A DNA stretch of 64,000 bases from an uncultured Armatimonadetes bacterium. Its GTDB lineage: Bacteria; Armatimonadota; UBA5829; DTJY01. The stretch's first letter is position 1. Every line of letters starts with the position of its first letter. Positions 1 to 10,324 of this stretch are shown here, in pieces. The stretch spans positions 32,001 through 96,000 of the forward strand of contig OY970325.1 of assembly GCA_963717145.1 (NCBI GenBank), written 5' to 3'. The notes below the pieces were generated by a model, which made no database searches, had not been told where the DNA came from, and saw only the letters and a program-made list of their open reading frames with translations. The position numbers and the translations under genes are program-made.

Positions 1-3000
1 AACTGCTGGCCGACACCGGTTCCCCAAAGCGCACCAGGCACTCCCGCATCCGCCCGTTGGCCGGCGTGTTGGTTGGAAACATGCTGGAGGCGCCGGGTGC
101 GTCGGTCGCGCGGATGATAAAGGCCACCAAGGTGCCCGCCGCCTGGCCCGGGATGGCGGCGCTGTAGAGCCCATCCTGGGCGACCGTGTCCGCTCCGGAT
201 CCGTTATCGGTCATGGTCACGCTGGTATAAGTGGTGGAGGGATCCACCCGATATTGCAGAACCAGCGAGGAGACGCCGTCGGGATCGTGCACCCGGGCAG
301 TGACTGTGACCGGCTGGCTGGCGGCGGGCAGGACGGGACTGTGAGCCACTTCGTAGAGGGCGGGCGGAGCGTTGTTGGCCGCCCGGCTGTTGCGCGCGCC
401 CGGCGTGCCCAGGTTCGTCGGAAGGCTCAACCGACCCGTCACCTCAAAGTAGTTGCCATGCAGCCGCAGCAGGAACTCGGGCCAGCCCTTCAGCCAGCGC
501 ACCTTGGCCCGCATGGTCACGGTCCCGCTGGGCGTGGCGGTCAGGGGGAGATAGAGGCGGTTGGGACCGTAATCGCAGCGCGAGGTGGCGCGGACATGGA
601 GGCATTGCCCTCCTCCGAAGCCGCCGCTTGTTTCCAGAGAGGAACGCACGTGACTGCCGCGGAGAATCCAGGAGCCCAGACCGGTCTCAAAATCCGGGGT
701 ACCGACCAGGTTGGGGCCGCTGGTTCCCTGAATGACCTCGACATTGTCCAGGAGACACTCGCCTTCCTCCAGCAAGCCGCCTTCCACCGCGTTGGCGGTG
801 CCAGACCCGAGGTCCATGGGGCCGCTCGCTTCCAGGTAGGTCCAGGGCGCCTTGGCGGTCTCATCGCTGTCTGCCCAGTTCGAGGGCAGGCGATGGTTGG
901 AGCGCGGATCGATGAGTTCCATGCTGCTCCCACCGCTGTTGGCCCATTTCGGCCATTTCCCGCCCGTGCCGTAGGTGAGTTCGTCCACGACAATGTAGAT
1001 GGTGTTGGTCTTCACCACGCCCGATGAATTGGTGCTGACGATGGTATCCGGCATGGACAGGGCCAGGCGTTCGCCCCGGCCGGCGAGAGTGCCGGTGAAT
1101 GGACCGAAGGTGTTGGCGCTGGTCAGGTTGGTGTAGTTGGCCAGCAACCGCGCCGGATTCCTTGCCACTACGACGTAGCCATTGGTGGCCAGAACGGTGT
1201 TGGAGGGGAACGTGTAATTGATGCCGGAGGTGAACTGCCAGGCTCCAAGGTTCACCGGGTTGGTGCCCCTGTTGTACACTTCCACGTATTGGTCGTCGTC
1301 CAGGCGCGAAATCGGGTCATACATGATCTCGTTGATGACGATCTCCCGGACCAAAACGGCGCTGTTGCTGCCGCCCGGGGTCCGCGCTGCCAAGGGGTAG
1401 AAATCCGCTGCCCCGTTCGGCCAACGTCCCATGGAGACGCCATTGGCCTGCGCCTCAAACTTGACGGCATCGAGCACACGGGTCAGATCGGCGCTCTTGA
1501 AGAAGAGGCTTTCGCCGGCCGCGCTCAGGCTGAAGTTCATGTTCGTTTCGTAGAAGGCCAGAAAACCGCGCGCCGGAATGGTCGTGCCGGGAGGCATCAC
1601 AAACTTGTTCGTGTCCGGATTATCCGTCAGCACGCACCCCGAAAGGTCCACGGCCACCGTGCTGTGGTTGTAGAGTTCGATAAAATCCCAGGAGGGTGCA
1701 TCCGTGTGGGCGAGGAATTCGTTGATGACGACCGCCCGCTGGGGCTTGAAGCGAACCCCATCATGGGTGCCGGGCGAGCCGCCCACCGCGTCGCTGATGT
1801 CCCAGGCCTTGGGGTCAGCCTCGCCGTACGACGGCCGTGCCAACACCAGCGAATGCCCGGCCCCGTCGGCTGCCACCGGCCAGGGCGGCTCGCTGTCGTA
1901 GTTGACCTCCAGCAGAACGGCGTCCTGATCCGTGCGCAACCGCACGGTGCCGCTGGCGCTCAACCTGTGAGCGTAGGGGCCCAGCACGGTTGCGCCCATC
2001 AGACCGTAGATGCTTTGCAGTTCCACAGGCTGTGCGGCCAGGACGAGGAAGGAGCCGCCCGGCATGACCGCTCCGGGCGGAAAGGTGAAGTCCACGTCGC
2101 CGGAAATGCGATAACCGCTCAGGTCTTCGGCGAAGGGGTTGGAATTGAACAGTTCGATGAACTCGAGGTTGTTGGTGTCCGCCCGCGGGGCCGGCTTGTA
2201 CATGATTTCGGAGATCACCAGCCCGGTTTTGCGCGAGGATGGGCCGAGCGGTTCGAAGTTGACCGGCAAGGTGCCGATGGTGTCACCGCTCACCGTGGCC
2301 AGGTCGCGGAACTGGGCAGTGGCCAGTTGACCGCCGTCGCGGCTGGAGACGCACAGGCCGAACCAGATAGTGGACGGCATGGCGATGGTGGCCGTGCCAA
2401 GCTGGGTCCATGTCTGCCCGTCATAGCTGGCGTAGCCGGTGAAGACATTGCCGACCCGGCGCAGGCGCAGCCAGGTGTAAGGATAGTTGGGGGGAAAGGT
2501 GCCGAGGGTGCTGCTGGCAGCGAAGGCAGGATCCCGATACTGGAAGAAACATCCGGCGAGGGTCGGCGTGGCCAGGGCGGCGGCGAAGCGGCTGCTGGCA
2601 GTCAGGTCCTCCCGCGCCATGAGACCGGCTTTGGCCCAGACATCCGCAAGGCTCAGGAGCTGCAGCCGGACCTCCAAGTCAAAGTCGCCCGTGCGCGGCT
2701 GGTAACTGAACTGGAACTGATCCGAGCCGCCCCCGATCCCGGAACCTCCGCCGGTGACGTTGTAGCCGCCGGGCACGGCGGCATACGAGCCGGTCGGAGT
2801 GGAACTGCCGATGTCCTGCGGCGCGTATTCGGTGGCGATGAAGGTGTAGAACGAGGCGGGGGCGATGGTGTTGTGGTTGGTGGCCTGATCGCGGACATTG
2901 CTGATGAACAGGGTGTTGGTGCTGCCGATGCTCAAGGGCGAGACCCTCAAGAGGATGGTTTGGGCGTCCACCCCGAAGGCGGCGGAGGCGACCGTCACTC

Positions 3001-5032
3001 CGTTCGTGAAAGTGTAGTTCAAGCGGTTGGTCGCCGTGGCGGGGTCCACCGGCTCGGAAAAGACCACGCTCAGGTTGGTGGTGCCGACGTTTTGCACCCG
3101 GACGAGGGTGGGAGGAAAGGTGTCGGGCACGACCGTGAGGAGCGCCGTGGCACTGATGACCGTCTGGCCGGGCACGGAGACCCAGACGCGGTAGGCTGCG
3201 CCGCTATTGGTTTCATAGACAGCCGGCGTGGTGAAGATGGCACTGGTGGCTCCATCAATATCGACCCCGTTGACCTGCCACTGGTAGCTGACATTGGTCG
3301 TGATGTCCGAGGTGCCAAAGGCCTGGACGGAAAAGGTTGCGTTCTGTCCTGCCACGACCGTTGTGTTGGTCGGGGGCTGGGTGATGGTGACGCTGGAATT
3401 GGCGAGGGGGATGCCAAAGAAATTGCCCAGGCAAGCCCCGGGGACGACGATCCAATTGGCCGGGTCGAGCGGTGTCTTCCAAGCGACGTAAAGGTAGTCG
3501 CCGCCGCCGCCCTCCTTCATGAGGGCCTCGATGTAATAACGTTGGCCGGCCGCCAGCATGACCGGGGCAGAGACGTTCACGTCGAAGCTGTTGCAGCATC
3601 CCCCCTCCGCGGTCAGCAGCACCTTGTTGGCCGGCTGGTCGTTGGTACTCAGGAAGACCTGCGAATTGTCGTCGCTGCGAATCGCGAAGGTGTAGCTGCC
3701 GCTCACCGGCGGGACGAGGAAGCCCGACAACCGTCCGCCATACGCATCGGCAATGTTCTCGCTGGGCCAGCCCATGCTGGACGGGTAATCCACCGCGTCC
3801 GGGCTGTTGGGGAACTTGGCGCTGCCGGTCAGGTCGGAAACGGCGTTGCCCGAACCGATATCGTAGTAGAGCTGCCGGAGAACATACCCCGCGGTAAACA
3901 CCTGGTTGGTGAACTTGATCTGGGAATTGGCCAGGATTTGGTTGGTATTCGAGGAGGCATCGCGGACCCGGTCGACGGTGATGGTGTAGGCCGCGCCTGG
4001 ATCCTGGCTGACGGTGGTGAGGTCCACGGTTTTGGCATCCGGCCCGGCGCTGGCCTGAGTCACCGGCAGCGTTCCCGAAAGGTTGGTGATGACGTAGTTG
4101 GTCTTGGCCAGGGCCGTGCTGCTGAGCACCGCCTCGGAGAAGACCACCCGCACGTGGTTGTTTCCGACGTTCGCCGCGGAAACCAGGGTCGGACGCGTGG
4201 TGTCCGCGGTCAAGGTCAGGACGGCGTTGGAGCTGGTCGCCTGGCCGAGGGCGTTGCTCAAGACGCATCGGTAGCGGTCACCATTATTGGTCAGCGCAGG
4301 CGACGTCAGAGTATAGCTGGGGCCCGTGGCGCCGGGAATGTTGTTGCTGTTGCGCTGCCATTGGAAAGCGGGAGGCTCAAAATTGCTGAACTGAACCGCG
4401 AACGTGACCGGGGTTCCTTCCTGGTTGGTGACACTGGAAGGTTGGGCGGTGATGACTGGCGCCCATTTGGCGACGAGGCGGGAAACGGGAATGGGCTCCT
4501 CAATGGTCGCATTGGGCAATCGCCAGCGCACGGCCAGGTTATCACCGCCTCCCCCTTCCTTTTGCAGGGCTTCTATGTAGTAACGCTGGCCGGCCACCAG
4601 AGAAATCGGCGCGGATTGCTGATTTGCTTCCCTGGTCCATTCGCGTGAACTGGTCCAACCGCTCACGTAAGCGATAGGCGCTTTGTTGGCCGGCGATTCA
4701 TTCGTGCTCAGGAACAGTGTCGAAGCATCGTCGCTGGCGATCCAGAACGTGTAGTTGCCTGTGGTCGGCGCGGTGAGCAAGGCGCGACACCGCTGGCCAT
4801 AGTAATCGCCGACGTCGGTCGGGGCCTCGAAGTAGCTGGTCAGATAACCGGTCTGATCCGGGCTGTTTGGGAACTTGGCGTTGTTGGTCAGATCGCCGAC
4901 CACCGAGCCGCTGATGCCCGTGTAAACCTCACGATAGACGCTATTGGATTGTGCCAAAGCGGATCCAACTGTGGCAGAGAAGATTATGAATAGACAAAGG
5001 TCCGGTAACCTGCAATATGACTGGCTTTTCAT
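1..5032 (-). CDS. Large secreted multidomain protein (PA14 x2, Ig-like, lamin-tail domains); runs off the left edge, >1670 aa
   Basis: Hand translation from ATG at 5032 gives MKSQSYCRLPDLCLFIIFSATVGSALAQ (signal peptide), then PA14-like TTGNYTFWIASDD, and lamin-tail motifs VISEIMY/VINEFLA/VINEIMY. The same frame still reads ECLVRFGEPVS at the window edge. Absent from the ORF track because the stop is outside the window. Confidence 0.85.
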   Translation of the reverse strand, partial: MKSQSYCRLPDLCLFIIFSATVGSALAQSNSVYREVYTGISGSVVGDLTNNAKFPNSPDQTGYLTSYFEAPTDVGDYYGQRCRALLTAPTTGNYTFWIASDDASTLFLSTNESPANKAPIAYVSGWTSSREWTREANQQSAPISLVAGQRYYIEALQKEGGGGDNLAVRWRLPNATIEEPIPVSRLVAKWAPVITAQPSSVTNQEGTPVTFAVQFSNFEPPAFQWQRNSNNIPGATGPSYTLTSPALTNNGDRYRCVLSNALGQATSSNAVLTLTADTTRPTLVSAANVGNNHVRVVFSEAVLSSTALAKTNYVITNLSGTLPVTQASAGPDAKTVDLTTVSQDPGAAYTITVDRVRDASSNTNQILANSQIKFTNQVFTAGYVLRQLYYDIGSGNAVSDLTGSAKFPNSPDAVDYPSSMGWPSENIADAYGGRLSGFLVPPVSGSYTFAIRSDDNSQVFLSTNDQPANKVLLTAEGGCCNSFDVNVSAPVMLAAGQRYYIEALMKEGGGGDYLYVAWKTPLDPANWIVVPGACLGNFFGIPLANSSVTITQPPTNTTVVAGQNATFSVQAFGTSDITTNVSYQWQVNGVDIDGATSAIFTTPAVYETNSGAAYRVWVSVPGQTVISATALLTVVPDTFPPTLVRVQNVGTTNLSVVFSEPVDPATATNRLNYTFTNGVTVASAAFGVDAQTILLRVSPLSIGSTNTLFISNVRDQATNHNTIAPASFYTFIATEYAPQDIGSSTPTGSYAAVPGGYNVTGGGSGIGGGSDQFQFSYQPRTGDFDLEVRLQLLSLADVWAKAGLMAREDLTASSRFAAALATPTLAGCFFQYRDPAFAASSTLGTFPPNYPYTWLRLRRVGNVFTGYASYDGQTWTQLGTATIAMPSTIWFGLCVSSRDGGQLATAQFRDLATVSGDTIGTLPVNFEPLGPSSRKTGLVISEIMYKPAPRADTNNLEFIELFNSNPFAEDLSGYRISGDVDFTFPPGAVMPGGSFLVLAAQPVELQSIYGLMGATVLGPYAHRLSASGTVRLRTDQDAVLLEVNYDSEPPWPVAADGAGHSLVLARPSYGEADPKAWDISDAVGGSPGTHDGVRFKPQRAVVINEFLAHTDAPSWDFIELYNHSTVAVDLSGCVLTDNPDTNKFVMPPGTTIPARGFLAFYETNMNFSLSAAGESLFFKSADLTRVLDAVKFEAQANGVSMGRWPNGAADFYPLAARTPGGSNSAVLVREIVINEIMYDPISRLDDDQYVEVYNRGTNPVNLGAWQFTSGINYTFPSNTVLATNGYVVVARNPARLLANYTNLTSANTFGPFTGTLAGRGERLALSMPDTIVSTNSSGVVKTNTIYIVVDELTYGTGGKWPKWANSGGSSMELIDPRSNHRLPSNWADSDETAKAPWTYLEASGPMDLGSGTANAVEGGLLEEGECLLDNVEVIQGTSGPNLVGTPDFETGLGSWILRGSHVRSSLETSGGFGGGQCLHVRATSRCDYGPNRLYLPLTATPSGTVTMRAKVRWLKGWPEFLLRLHGNYFEVTGRLSLPTNLGTPGARNSRAANNAPPALYEVAHSPVLPAASQPVTVTARVHDPDGVSSLVLQYRVDPSTTYTSVTMTDNGSGADTVAQDGLYSAAIPGQAAGTLVAFIIRATDAPGASSMFPTNTPANGRMRECLVRFGEPVSASS

Positions 5033-5354
5033 CGACAGGAGGAATTTAGGGCGAACGCGGGCTTAGGCAAAACCAAAGTCAGGTTTCTTTATTGTTAATG
5101 TTAGTTGCTAACAATCAGTGTTTTGTGGTTCTACAGGCAGTAACTCAACACACCAGGTAAAGACCTGTTCATCCAGTGATTATCGGGCGGTTTCGCTATC
5201 GTCTTGAGCCAGAACGGGCTGACGGTGGATCGAAAGAAAAACAGAAGAGAATCGCAGGCACCTCCGGGCGGGCGCTTGACGGGAGGCCAGCCGGGCCGCA
5301 TCAATTGCGGTGTGGCGGCTGCCGGCCATGCCGTCGGCCACCTGTCGTTGCACT

Positions 5355-5867
5355 ATGCCGATCTACGAGTTTGGATGTCCCAAGTGCCGGGTGATCTTCA
5401 GCTTCCTCTCGAGGAAGCTCAACCCGGAACGCTTGCCGGTTTGCCCCCGTTGCGGAGGCAAGAAGATGGTCAAGGCGATGAGCCGTTTCGCCACGCCCCG
5501 GGGCGCAAAGGAACCCGCCGCGCCTGGCGGAGTGGAGGGCGAGGGCGGACCCATGCCCGATTTTGACGATCCGCGCATGGAACGGGTAATGGGAGAGATC
5601 GAGCGGGATATCGCACACATGGATGAGAACAATCCCCGCCACATGGCCCATTTGATGCGGAAGATGAAGGAAGTCATGCCTGCCGGCAGCATGCCCAAGG
5701 AACTGGACGTGGCCATCAAGCGGTTGGAAGCGGGTGAGGATCCGGAGAAGATTGAAGAGGACATGGGCGACGTGCTCGGCAGTTTTATGGGGGACGGCGA
5801 GCAGGAGAATGGCTTGGGAGGAGGCGGGAGCGGGTACGCCAAAGACAGCGGCCTCTACGACTACTGA
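5355..5867 (+). CDS. FmdB-family zinc-ribbon protein
   Basis: MPIYEFGCPKC...CPRCG (two CxxC) followed by an acidic helical tail. Confidence 0.85.
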   Translation: MPIYEFGCPKCRVIFSFLSRKLNPERLPVCPRCGGKKMVKAMSRFATPRGAKEPAAPGGVEGEGGPMPDFDDPRMERVMGEIERDIAHMDENNPRHMAHLMRKMKEVMPAGSMPKELDVAIKRLEAGEDPEKIEEDMGDVLGSFMGDGEQENGLGGGGSGYAKDSGLYDY

Positions 5868-5884
5868 GGTCACTGACTTAGCGC

Positions 5885-7102
5885 ATGTCTCTCCGCCGCC
5901 TCAAGTTCCTCTATTTCTGCCTGGAAGGCCTTAACTCCTTCGCTGCGACCTATTTCTTCTATTACCTGTTTTTTCACCTGCGCGACCAGTTTCACTTCGG
6001 CAGCGCGCAAAACCTCGCGGTCTGCGCGTTCCAGGGGCTCGTCTATGCGGTCTGCGCCTGGTTTGGGGGACGGTTTTCCCAGCGAGCCGGCTACTTCGTC
6101 GCGCTGCCTCTGGGGTTCGGCTTGATGGCCGGTTCCCTGGTGCTTATGGCTTGGGTGGACTCGCTCCCCGGTCTCCTGGGCGGCCTCTTTCTTTGGACGT
6201 TCGGGATGTGCTTCACTTGGCCGACCTTGGAAGCCCTGGCCAGCGAAGGAGAGCCGCCCGGGCGGCTCCAGCGCATGATCGGCATTTACAACCTGGTTTG
6301 GGCAGGCATGGCGGCGCTGGCTTACTTCGTGGGAGGGACCCTGCTGGAACGGTTGGGCGGGCGAAGCATCTTCTGGGTCCCCGCTCTGTTGCACGGGTTG
6401 CAGTTGGCTGTGCTTCTGTGGCTTAGGCTCGATCAACCGGACCTGACCGGCCGGGTGGCGGTGGCTGGCGGCCCAAGCGGCGAGCACGCCGCAGACGTGC
6501 GCCCATCCGCAGGGATCCAGCCCAAGGCATTCCTCATCCTGGCCTGGGTGGCCAATCCGTTCGCCTACGTGGCCATGAACGCGGCGGTGCCGGTCATCCC
6601 GCAACTGGCCGAACGGCTGCACCTGACCACCGCGCAGGCTGGGTTCTTCTGTTCCATCTGGTTCTTTGCGCGGCTGGCCGCTTTCTTCGGGCTGTGGCGA
6701 TGGACCGGCTGGCACTATCGCTTTCGGTGGTTGGTGGGAGCCTTCATCCTCCTGATTCTGAGCTTCGCCGCCATGCTGCTGGTGCCGCGCCTGGCGGTTA
6801 TCGCCCTGGCCCAGGTCCTGTTTGGCCTGGCGGTCGGCTTGATCTACTACTCCTCGCTCTTCTACTCGATGGATGTCGGCGAAACCAAGGGCGAACACGG
6901 CGGCATCCACGAGGCGGTCCTTGGCGGCGGCACTTTCGCAGGGGCGGCGATTGGCTCGGCCGGCCAATATGCGCTGGGCGGGCAATCCGGCAGCACCTGG
7001 GCGGTGAGCCTTCTCCTGGCGGTCGGGTTGGCCGGTCTGGTGGTGTTGCGGCACCGTTTGCGCCGAAGCGCCCAACGCGGAGCCCCGACGCACTTTTCTT
7101 GA
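5885..7102 (+). CDS. MFS transporter
   Basis: 405 aa with about 12 hydrophobic segments and a GGRFSQRAG loop motif. Confidence 0.85.
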   Translation: MSLRRLKFLYFCLEGLNSFAATYFFYYLFFHLRDQFHFGSAQNLAVCAFQGLVYAVCAWFGGRFSQRAGYFVALPLGFGLMAGSLVLMAWVDSLPGLLGGLFLWTFGMCFTWPTLEALASEGEPPGRLQRMIGIYNLVWAGMAALAYFVGGTLLERLGGRSIFWVPALLHGLQLAVLLWLRLDQPDLTGRVAVAGGPSGEHAADVRPSAGIQPKAFLILAWVANPFAYVAMNAAVPVIPQLAERLHLTTAQAGFFCSIWFFARLAAFFGLWRWTGWHYRFRWLVGAFILLILSFAAMLLVPRLAVIALAQVLFGLAVGLIYYSSLFYSMDVGETKGEHGGIHEAVLGGGTFAGAAIGSAGQYALGGQSGSTWAVSLLLAVGLAGLVVLRHRLRRSAQRGAPTHFS

Positions 7103-7164
7103 AGGGCGCGGATCAGGTTGGCGTCAGAAAGCCAGACGTGGCAATAACGATACCCGAAACCATT

Positions 7165-8163
7165 ATGAAGCGACATTTACCTTGGTTACTTTCCCTTTTC
7201 GCTGGCTGTGCCGCCACCTTGGCGGCCAACAACGCCGAACCGTTTCTGGGCCGCTGGGCGCTCACCATCCCCGGCGGCGGGGCGGGGTGGCTGGGAGTGG
7301 AAGAAAAGGACGGCGCGCTCAAGGGCGGCATTTTGTGGGGTGGCGGCAGCGTGGTGCCGGTCAACGCGGTCAAGGTGGATGGCGACAAGCTGATCGTCAC
7401 CCGGTTGCACGAGAGCCGCCAGAAGGACGCCGCGGGCAAGACGGTCAAGAGGGTCACGACCGAGACCATCACCGCCACGGTCACGGGCGATCAGATGAGC
7501 CTGACGACCCGCCGGACCCGGGAAGACGGCTCCGCCGAGGGCAAGACCGAGGAATTCAAGGGCAAGCGCATTCCGCCGGTGCCGCCGGCACCGGATCTTT
7601 CCCAGGTGAAGTTCGGCGAGCCCATCAAGCTCTTCAACGGCACGGATCTGGCCGGGTGGAAGTTGATGGGCAGCCCCAGCGGCTGGGGGGTGCAGGATGG
7701 CGTGCTGGTCAACGAAGCCAAACAGGAGCCCGGGCGGCACAAGTCTTATGCGAACATCCGCACCGAGCGTGAATTTGAGGACTTCAACCTGACCCTGGAG
7801 TTTCGGGTCCCCAAAGGCGGCAACAGCGGCATCTACCTCCGCGGCATTTACGAGGTGCAGGTGGCGGACTCCTTCGGCCAGAAGCCCGACTCGCACAACG
7901 TGGGCGGCGTCTATAGCCGCATCACGCCGACCGCCATTCCGGCCAAGCCGGCTGGCGAGTGGCAGAGTTTCGACATCACCCTCGTGGACCGCCATGTCAC
8001 CGTCATTCTCAACGGCCAGAAGATCATCGACAACAAACCGCTGCTCGGCTGCACCGGCGGCGCTCTCTGGTCCGACGAGTTTCGCCCCGGCCCAATTTAT
8101 CTCCAAGGCGACCATACCAGCGTGGACTATCGGAACATCGTGATCCGCCCGGTGGTCAAGTAG
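7165..8163 (+). CDS. Secreted DUF1080 (3-keto-disaccharide hydrolase family) protein
   Basis: Signal peptide; LFNGTDLAGW, GNSGIYLRG, YEVQ and GPIYLQGDH motifs; start placed at ATG 7165. Confidence 0.85.
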   Translation: MKRHLPWLLSLFAGCAATLAANNAEPFLGRWALTIPGGGAGWLGVEEKDGALKGGILWGGGSVVPVNAVKVDGDKLIVTRLHESRQKDAAGKTVKRVTTETITATVTGDQMSLTTRRTREDGSAEGKTEEFKGKRIPPVPPAPDLSQVKFGEPIKLFNGTDLAGWKLMGSPSGWGVQDGVLVNEAKQEPGRHKSYANIRTEREFEDFNLTLEFRVPKGGNSGIYLRGIYEVQVADSFGQKPDSHNVGGVYSRITPTAIPAKPAGEWQSFDITLVDRHVTVILNGQKIIDNKPLLGCTGGALWSDEFRPGPIYLQGDHTSVDYRNIVIRPVVK

Positions 8164-8258
8164 GTTTGACTCCAAAAAAGCCTTGCGACCGGGCGGTGGT
8201 TTGGTAGGAAGCGCCCGGCGGAATTCTGCCAAACAACAAAAGCACATTTCAAGAATTG

Positions 8259-8852
8259 ATGAAGACCCTCCTTGTTCTTGCCACGGCGTTGACGATGACG
8301 ATCGGCGGCCTGTTCCCAACCTCGGCGGCGGACGCCAAGCCTGCCGCCGCTCCGGGCGAAAAGAAGGCCGATCCCAAGAAACAGTCCAAACCACAAAAGC
8401 TGCCCTTCAAGGGCGAGGTGAAGGCGGCCAATCAGCAGGCCAAGACCTTCACCATCGGGGAACGCACCTTCCACCTCACTTCACAGACACGCATCCAAAA
8501 GGCCGGCGCGCCGGCCACGTTCCAGGAGGTGAAGGTCGGGGAGAAAGTGACTGGCAGCTACACCACTTCGCCGGAAGGACGACTGGAGGCTGGCTCGATC
8601 TATGTGGGGCCGAAGCAGGCGGAGGGCGCCAAGGCGAAGGAAGCCAAAGCGAAGGAGGCCAAGAAGGAGAAAGGCGAGCCCAAGGCCAAGAAGACTGCGC
8701 CCAAGAAAGAGGAGCCCAAGCTTTCCGAGCCGATCAAGGAAGCGCCCGTCGCCCCGGAGCCCAAGAAGGAGGAACCGGCGCCGGCGACGCCTCCCCCGGC
8801 CACCCCTCCGCCCGCCACGCCTCCCGCTGCGCCGGCGACGCCCGCCCAGTAG
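8259..8852 (+). CDS. Secreted protein with a small beta-barrel (DUF5666-like) domain and a Lys/Ala/Pro-rich tail
   Basis: Signal peptide, FKGEVKA...VKVGEKVTGSY core, KEAK and PATPP low-complexity repeats. Confidence 0.7.
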   Translation: MKTLLVLATALTMTIGGLFPTSAADAKPAAAPGEKKADPKKQSKPQKLPFKGEVKAANQQAKTFTIGERTFHLTSQTRIQKAGAPATFQEVKVGEKVTGSYTTSPEGRLEAGSIYVGPKQAEGAKAKEAKAKEAKKEKGEPKAKKTAPKKEEPKLSEPIKEAPVAPEPKKEEPAPATPPPATPPPATPPAAPATPAQ

Positions 8853-8915
8853 GCGATCGGTCGCCGACGACCGCGGCCTGATTTCTGGGGCCTGGCCTTC
8901 GGGCCGGCCAAAGTT

Positions 8916-9926
8916 TCAGGCTATTTGCGGCACGGCTCCAGCGGGTTGCAGGCGGAGCAGGCCATCGACCGCCTCGCACACGGTCGTGACCTCCAGACGA
9001 TCGAGGTTGCCCCCGGGCGCGCGCAAGATCCGGTGGGTGGGCCGGCTGAGCGGATAAGGGCCGCACAGCGCGGGGTCGGTTGGCCCGAACAAAGCCACCA
9101 GCGGGGTCCCCACGGCCGCCGCAATGTGCATCGGACCGCTGTCATTGGATGCCACCACCCGCGCCGACTGGAGCAGACCGACCACTTGTCCGAGGGTGGT
9201 TTGGCCGGTGAAATTATGGACTTCCGGATCCTGGGCCAAGTCGGCCGGGGTGGACTCGGTTCGATGCCCACACCAGACCACGGGTATATCCTGACGGTTT
9301 TCGCGGAGATGGCGCGTGAGCGCGGCGAAGCCCCTCCATTCTTTCGAACGGTGGCGGCTGTGCACCGCCATCACGATCGGTCTTCGGGCGCCAAGGCCGG
9401 CGTGCGGAGGCGGGAGCGGCTCTGACCGCAATTGGATGGGCGAGCCCAGACGCGGCTCCAGCCCGAGCAGAGGCAGGAACTGGAGCAGGACGTCGATGGC
9501 GTGGATCTGGCGTTGGTTGGGCAGGGAAGGCGGCGTTTTCTGATAAGCCAGCCAGGCTCCTTCGCGGGCCTGCGCGCGGCCGATTCGCACTCGCGCCCGG
9601 GAGAACCACGTCATCAGGCCGGACCGGGCCAACCCCTGGAAATCCAGCGCATAATCGTAGTGCTCCCGCCGGATTTCCCGGACCAGCCGGACGAAGCCCG
9701 TGATCCCGCCCCACCTCTGGAAGACCAACACCCGGTCCGCGGTAGGACAGGCTCGCACCAGGGGCGCAAAGCGTTCGCCGGCCACCCAGTGGAGGGTACA
9801 GCCCGGCATCTGCTCGCGGAGGGATTGCGCCACCACCAACCCGTGCACAATGTCCCCCAACGAGGAGGGCTTGATGATCAATACCTTCATGCGGCCGAAC
9901 GGGAGGGACCGACAAATCGTCTCCAT
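8916..9926 (-). CDS. Glycosyltransferase family 9 (LPS heptosyltransferase-like)
   Basis: KVLIIKPSSLGDIVH, DFQGLARS, SNDSGPMHIAAA and LFGPT motifs. Confidence 0.9.
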   Translation of the reverse strand: METICRSLPFGRMKVLIIKPSSLGDIVHGLVVAQSLREQMPGCTLHWVAGERFAPLVRACPTADRVLVFQRWGGITGFVRLVREIRREHYDYALDFQGLARSGLMTWFSRARVRIGRAQAREGAWLAYQKTPPSLPNQRQIHAIDVLLQFLPLLGLEPRLGSPIQLRSEPLPPPHAGLGARRPIVMAVHSRHRSKEWRGFAALTRHLRENRQDIPVVWCGHRTESTPADLAQDPEVHNFTGQTTLGQVVGLLQSARVVASNDSGPMHIAAAVGTPLVALFGPTDPALCGPYPLSRPTHRILRAPGGNLDRLEVTTVCEAVDGLLRLQPAGAVPQIA

Positions 9927-9939
9927 GACGGCCCTGCCC

Positions 9940-10105
9940 GGTCATGGTCCGATGCGTGATCGCAGAATCATGGAGGCTCCGAACCGTCCTGTCGGCAAGG
10001 TAGGGCGCGACCGCTGGGCGCGCCGCTCCCAGCCCGGCCGGCCCGGCGGTTCGGCCCTACCGGGGTCATGGCCCGTAGGCAGGTCCGAAAGGAACAAGGG
10101 ACTTT
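9940..10105. repeat. REP-like cluster (GTAG-type element 9999-10061 flanked by TCATGG-type elements)
   Basis: GGTAGGGCGCGACCGCTGGGCGCGCCG...CCGGCCCGGCGGTTCGGCCCTACC, near-identical to copies at 12227, 15062 and 21832. Confidence 0.75.
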
Positions 10106-10324
10106 CCAAGAGGCACCCGCCGACTCGGGGTAAACTATCCCGGCTGATGTGCGCCTTCCATGGATGCATCTTCAAGAAAACCATCCTCTGCGCTGGGCCG
10201 TTGCTTTTCAACTGGAAAAACCGGGCCAGGTCTCTGGGTCGCTGGGGGGGATTGGCCGTGGAATTGGGCGTGGAATTGGGCGTTGCCTCAGCCACCCGTC
10301 GCACCTAGACTGGGTGCCACCGTT

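Noticed and set aside
1289-4648. 1119-aa plus-strand ORF and similar long shadow ORFs (28185-30734, 45173-47083, 57596-59647)
   Set aside because: These are antisense frames of real genes in GC-rich DNA and show no motifs.
10257-10283. 12-bp tandem duplication CGTGGAATTGGG upstream of accA
   Set aside because: Only two units, with no evidence of function.
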